From positions 4,384,001-4,448,000 of the forward strand of contig OZ240245.1 of assembly GCA_965198175.1 (NCBI GenBank): a stretch of DNA of 64,000 nucleotides, in the 5' to 3' direction. The notes under the pieces were generated by a model that did no database searches, was not told where the DNA came from, and saw only the letters and a list, made by a program, of their open reading frames with translations. This document shows positions 61,208 through 64,000 of this stretch, piece after piece. The first letter of the stretch is position 1. Each line of letters opens with the position of its first letter. A program made the position numbers and the translations under genes. This DNA comes from Candidatus Poribacteria bacterium (GTDB lineage: Bacteria > Poribacteria > WGA-4E > PCPOR2b).

Positions 61208-62353
61208 CTAGGGACCTTCCTCATCAAACTGCCGCAAGCGTCGCTTGGGAGATTCCCGGTACGGATATTGGGCTAGCGCTGCTTCGTCCAATTCTAACCC
61301 TAAGCCTGGCTCTGTTGGAAGTTGGACATAACCATCCTTAACTTCAATGGGATTGACCGAAATCTCATCACCGCACGTAGCGAAGTTGACGAAGTATTCG
61401 GTGATTAGGAAATTGGGAATCACCGCACACGCCTGTACCGTTGCTGCGAGTCCTACCGTTGTGCTGTTGTAGTTGTGCGGCGCCATAATGACGAAATATG
61501 GTTCAGCCATCGCCGCGATTTCTTTGAGTTCCAAGATGCCCCCGCAGTTGCAAACATCGGGATTGAGGATGTCGGCTGCATTCTTCTCGAAGACCTCGCG
61601 GAACTCCCCTTTCGTATAGAGTTCTTCGCCGGTGACGATGGGCAAGTTAATGGCGTGGCGAACGTCGACAAGTGCATCAAGATTACGCGCGGAGACCGGC
61701 TCCTCATACCAGAACGGGTTAAATTCCTCCAGTTGATGGGCGATGCGGATGGCGTGCATTGGAGCGAGGCGACGGTGGACTTCGATGAGCAGCTCTACAT
61801 CAGGTCCCACCGCTTCGCGCACAACGCGCACGCATTCGACAGCCGCGACTTCGTCTTCACGGCTGGGATGTGTCCGCCAAGGACCTGGAAATGGGTCGAA
61901 CTTCATCGCAGTGAACCCTTGTTCTGCCAATCGTGCAGCACGTTCAGCGTACTCCTCAATCGTTCGCCCGCCCCAGCCGTTGGCGTAAACACGGATCTTA
62001 TCCCGGCATGCCCCTCCCAACAGGTTGTAGACGGGCGTGTTCAATGCTTTACCCACGATGTCCCAGAGAGCTTGCTCAATCCCGCTAATTGCGCAATAGA
62101 GATCCATGGCGCCCCGCTTATTCGCAAAGTCGTGATATGCCATGAAAGTGAAATGCTTGATGTTGAACGGACTTCGTCCGATGAGGTAACGCGCAAGCTC
62201 TTGAACGTAGATTTCGATTGTTCGATCCCGGTCAGCTTGAGTATAACACTCGCCCCATCCATGAATCCCCCCGTCGGTCTCCACCTTGACAAATAGCCAG
62301 TTTTTTTCCTCACTAGGGTGAACGAGAAACGTCCGAACGTTCGTTACCTTCAT
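61208..62353 (-). CDS. Mandelate racemase / galactonate dehydratase-like enolase superfamily enzyme
   Basis: WLFVKVETD.G..GWGE, SGIEQALWDI.GK, YANGW, KFDP, EEP, TGE, APHN. Confidence 0.88.
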   Translation of the reverse strand: MKVTNVRTFLVHPSEEKNWLFVKVETDGGIHGWGECYTQADRDRTIEIYVQELARYLIGRSPFNIKHFTFMAYHDFANKRGAMDLYCAISGIEQALWDIVGKALNTPVYNLLGGACRDKIRVYANGWGGRTIEEYAERAARLAEQGFTAMKFDPFPGPWRTHPSREDEVAAVECVRVVREAVGPDVELLIEVHRRLAPMHAIRIAHQLEEFNPFWYEEPVSARNLDALVDVRHAINLPIVTGEELYTKGEFREVFEKNAADILNPDVCNCGGILELKEIAAMAEPYFVIMAPHNYNSTTVGLAATVQACAVIPNFLITEYFVNFATCGDEISVNPIEVKDGYVQLPTEPGLGLELDEAALAQYPYRESPKRRLRQFDEEGP

Positions 62354-62648
62354 CTCGCGCCTCTTTCCATTTCGATCATAGGCGTTATTTTAGCAGATTT
62401 ACGAAAGTGTAGCAAGTGAAACCGCGGATTTTTTCCCAACGGTTTTCGCTTGATTTCGGATGGTGTTCATGATAAGATGAAATGAATTTAGTAAGCCAAT
62501 TTTCAACAACAAAATTAGCGATACCAATCAATTCTCAGGTGGAAGCAAAACATGAAACACAACCCTCTCCCACAGTATTACAGCCGTATGCGGAAATCGA
62601 AAAAGCTGTGAACGCTTTACCAAGATGAGTGGCAATATGCAGAGCGAG

Positions 62649-63191
62649 ATGTATGCGCTGACGTTATGGCAACCTTGGGCGACGCTAATCGCTGAAGGAA
62701 TCAAAGTGTTTGAAACTCGTAGTTGGAAGCCGCCGAAGAATCTTATCGGGCAGCGAATCGCCATCCACGCTGCGAAAAAGAAGCCGACACGAGAGGAGAT
62801 AGATAATTATCCGCCAGCGATTCGTCGTGAAATGGAAAAACTCCACTGCTTCACGAATTGGTGGGAGACAATCCCCTACGGCGCAATTATCGCAACCACG
62901 AGGATTACCAGTTTCTTTTATGTTCAAGAGGTGGTTGATGCGTCTGTCAGGGTGAAAGGTTTGCGAACCGACGAAACCCATGAATGCACACACGATTATT
63001 TGGACATCGACATGTTTGGCGACTATTCACCGGGACGCTATGCGTGGCAGTTATCGGGTGTGAGCAAAGAGGTAGAACCCATCCCTGCAAAGGGGGTGCG
63101 CGGGCTGTGGATTTGGAAAAGAGAGGGCGATGATGAAAACAGAGAGACTGATGCCGCTGATGAAGGGGAAGAAATTTTTGTAAGAAATTGA
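62649..63191 (+). CDS. ASCH domain protein
   Basis: ALTLWQPWA.LI..G.K..ETRSW, IAIHA, G.II, GRYAW, KG..GLW. Confidence 0.85.
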   Translation: MYALTLWQPWATLIAEGIKVFETRSWKPPKNLIGQRIAIHAAKKKPTREEIDNYPPAIRREMEKLHCFTNWWETIPYGAIIATTRITSFFYVQEVVDASVRVKGLRTDETHECTHDYLDIDMFGDYSPGRYAWQLSGVSKEVEPIPAKGVRGLWIWKREGDDENRETDAADEGEEIFVRN

Positions 63192-63267
63192 TTTGCCAAA
63201 ATTGTTGAGTATCTATTCTTCTGCTTGATTCGAATTCTTAGTCGCAGGGTTAAGGAGCAAAACCGCA

Positions 63268-64000
63268 ATGAAAATCATAGGGGTTATTCCCGCACGCTAC
63301 ACGTCAAGTCGATTTGAAGGCAAGGCGCTGGCGGATATTTTTGGTAAGCCGATGGTACAGCACGTCTATGAGCGGGCGTCACGTGCAAAAACCCTGAATG
63401 AGGTCATCGTCGCAACCGACGATAAGCGCATCTACGATGCGGTCGCCGGCTTCGGCGGGGAGGTCGTCATGACTACACCGGATTGCCCCACTGGGACGGA
63501 ACGGGTTGCGATTGTTGCGGAAATGCTGGATTGCGATGTCGTCGCCAACATTCAGGGCGATGAACCACTACTTGAACCAGCCATGATCGATCAGCTCATC
63601 CAACCCTTCCTAGACAATCCCTCCGTAGAAGTGAGTACGTTGAAACAGCGAGTTGAAAATGAAACGGATTACCGTGATCCCAACGTCGTAAAGCTTGTGA
63701 CTAGCCTTGATGGATTCGCGCTGTATTTTTCGAGAGGGGCTATCCCCGGTAATCTATCGAACAACTGGATACAGACTAACCCAATTTATCGGCATGTGGG
63801 GCTTTATGCCTACCGTCGGGCACAGCTTCTAGCGTTCACAAAATGGGAACGAACGCCTTATGAAATCTCGGAAGGGCTGGAACAGTTACGCTTCCTCGAA
63901 CACAGTGTTCGCATTCGTGTTGTCGAAACGGAGCATCCGGCGATTGGCGTTGATATACCGGCGGATTTAGAGCGTGTGCTTTCAATCTTGAAATCATACC
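63268..64000 (+). CDS. kdsB: 3-deoxy-manno-octulosonate cytidylyltransferase (runs off window end; absent from ORF track)
   Basis: IPARY.SSRFEGKAL, VATDD, GTER, NIQGDEP, LYFSR, H.GLYAY, EGLEQLR.LE, GVD. Confidence 0.95.
   Translation, partial: MKIIGVIPARYTSSRFEGKALADIFGKPMVQHVYERASRAKTLNEVIVATDDKRIYDAVAGFGGEVVMTTPDCPTGTERVAIVAEMLDCDVVANIQGDEPLLEPAMIDQLIQPFLDNPSVEVSTLKQRVENETDYRDPNVVKLVTSLDGFALYFSRGAIPGNLSNNWIQTNPIYRHVGLYAYRRAQLLAFTKWERTPYEISEGLEQLRFLEHSVRIRVVETEHPAIGVDIPADLERVLSILKSY

Overview
Bacterial chromosomal segment from a diderm organism (BamA-like barrel, KdsB, lipoproteins). By inference it is probably Candidatus Poribacteria or a relative, based on a C-terminal TTTWxxxK secreted-protein motif, many Gfo/Idh/MocA and enolase-family genes and a serpin; this cannot be confirmed here. 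Layout: (1) 0.3-4.6 kb: tRNA-Thr/Tyr/Gly/Thr, rpmG, tRNA-Trp, secE, nusG, rplKAJL with an L10-leader attenuator, but no tuf and no rpoB. (2) 5.8-8.7 kb: cell-wall module with a LysM-M23 peptidase and a PorV/FadL-like beta-barrel fused to a lytic transglycosylase. (3) 8.9-18 kb: metabolic genes, including a selenocysteine NAD-linked formate dehydrogenase (in-frame UGA plus SECIS) and a NuoE-NuoF fusion. (4) 18.1-22.3 kb: decaying islet with an ECF-sigma/Fis-HTH chimera, a sigma54 promoter, two exported proteins and a Cre-like recombinase pseudogene hit by tiny mobile repeats. (5) 22.3-36.8 kb: ECF sigma/anti-sigma/RseB-like operon, recJ, rel, rpmB, ligA, dapF, dapA and an NhaC-family transporter. 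(6) 36.9-46.5 kb: defence-like island in which single genes (HsdR_N nuclease, TIR protein, DUF4268 remnant, coiled-coil protein, DUF4011/DUF3320 helicase remnant) alternate with GTAG-type REP/REPIN elements. (7) 46.6-64 kb: sucD, proS, panB, pgk, serpin, sucC, sugar/inositol catabolic genes, rsmD, an ASCH protein and partial kdsB. The most notable candidates are the REP-punctuated cassette array, a 30-bp mobile micro-repeat that lands inside genes, the barrel-SLT fusion, the ECF-Fis chimera and an L10 with four apparent L12-dimer sites. All calls come from reading motifs by eye; no searches were run.
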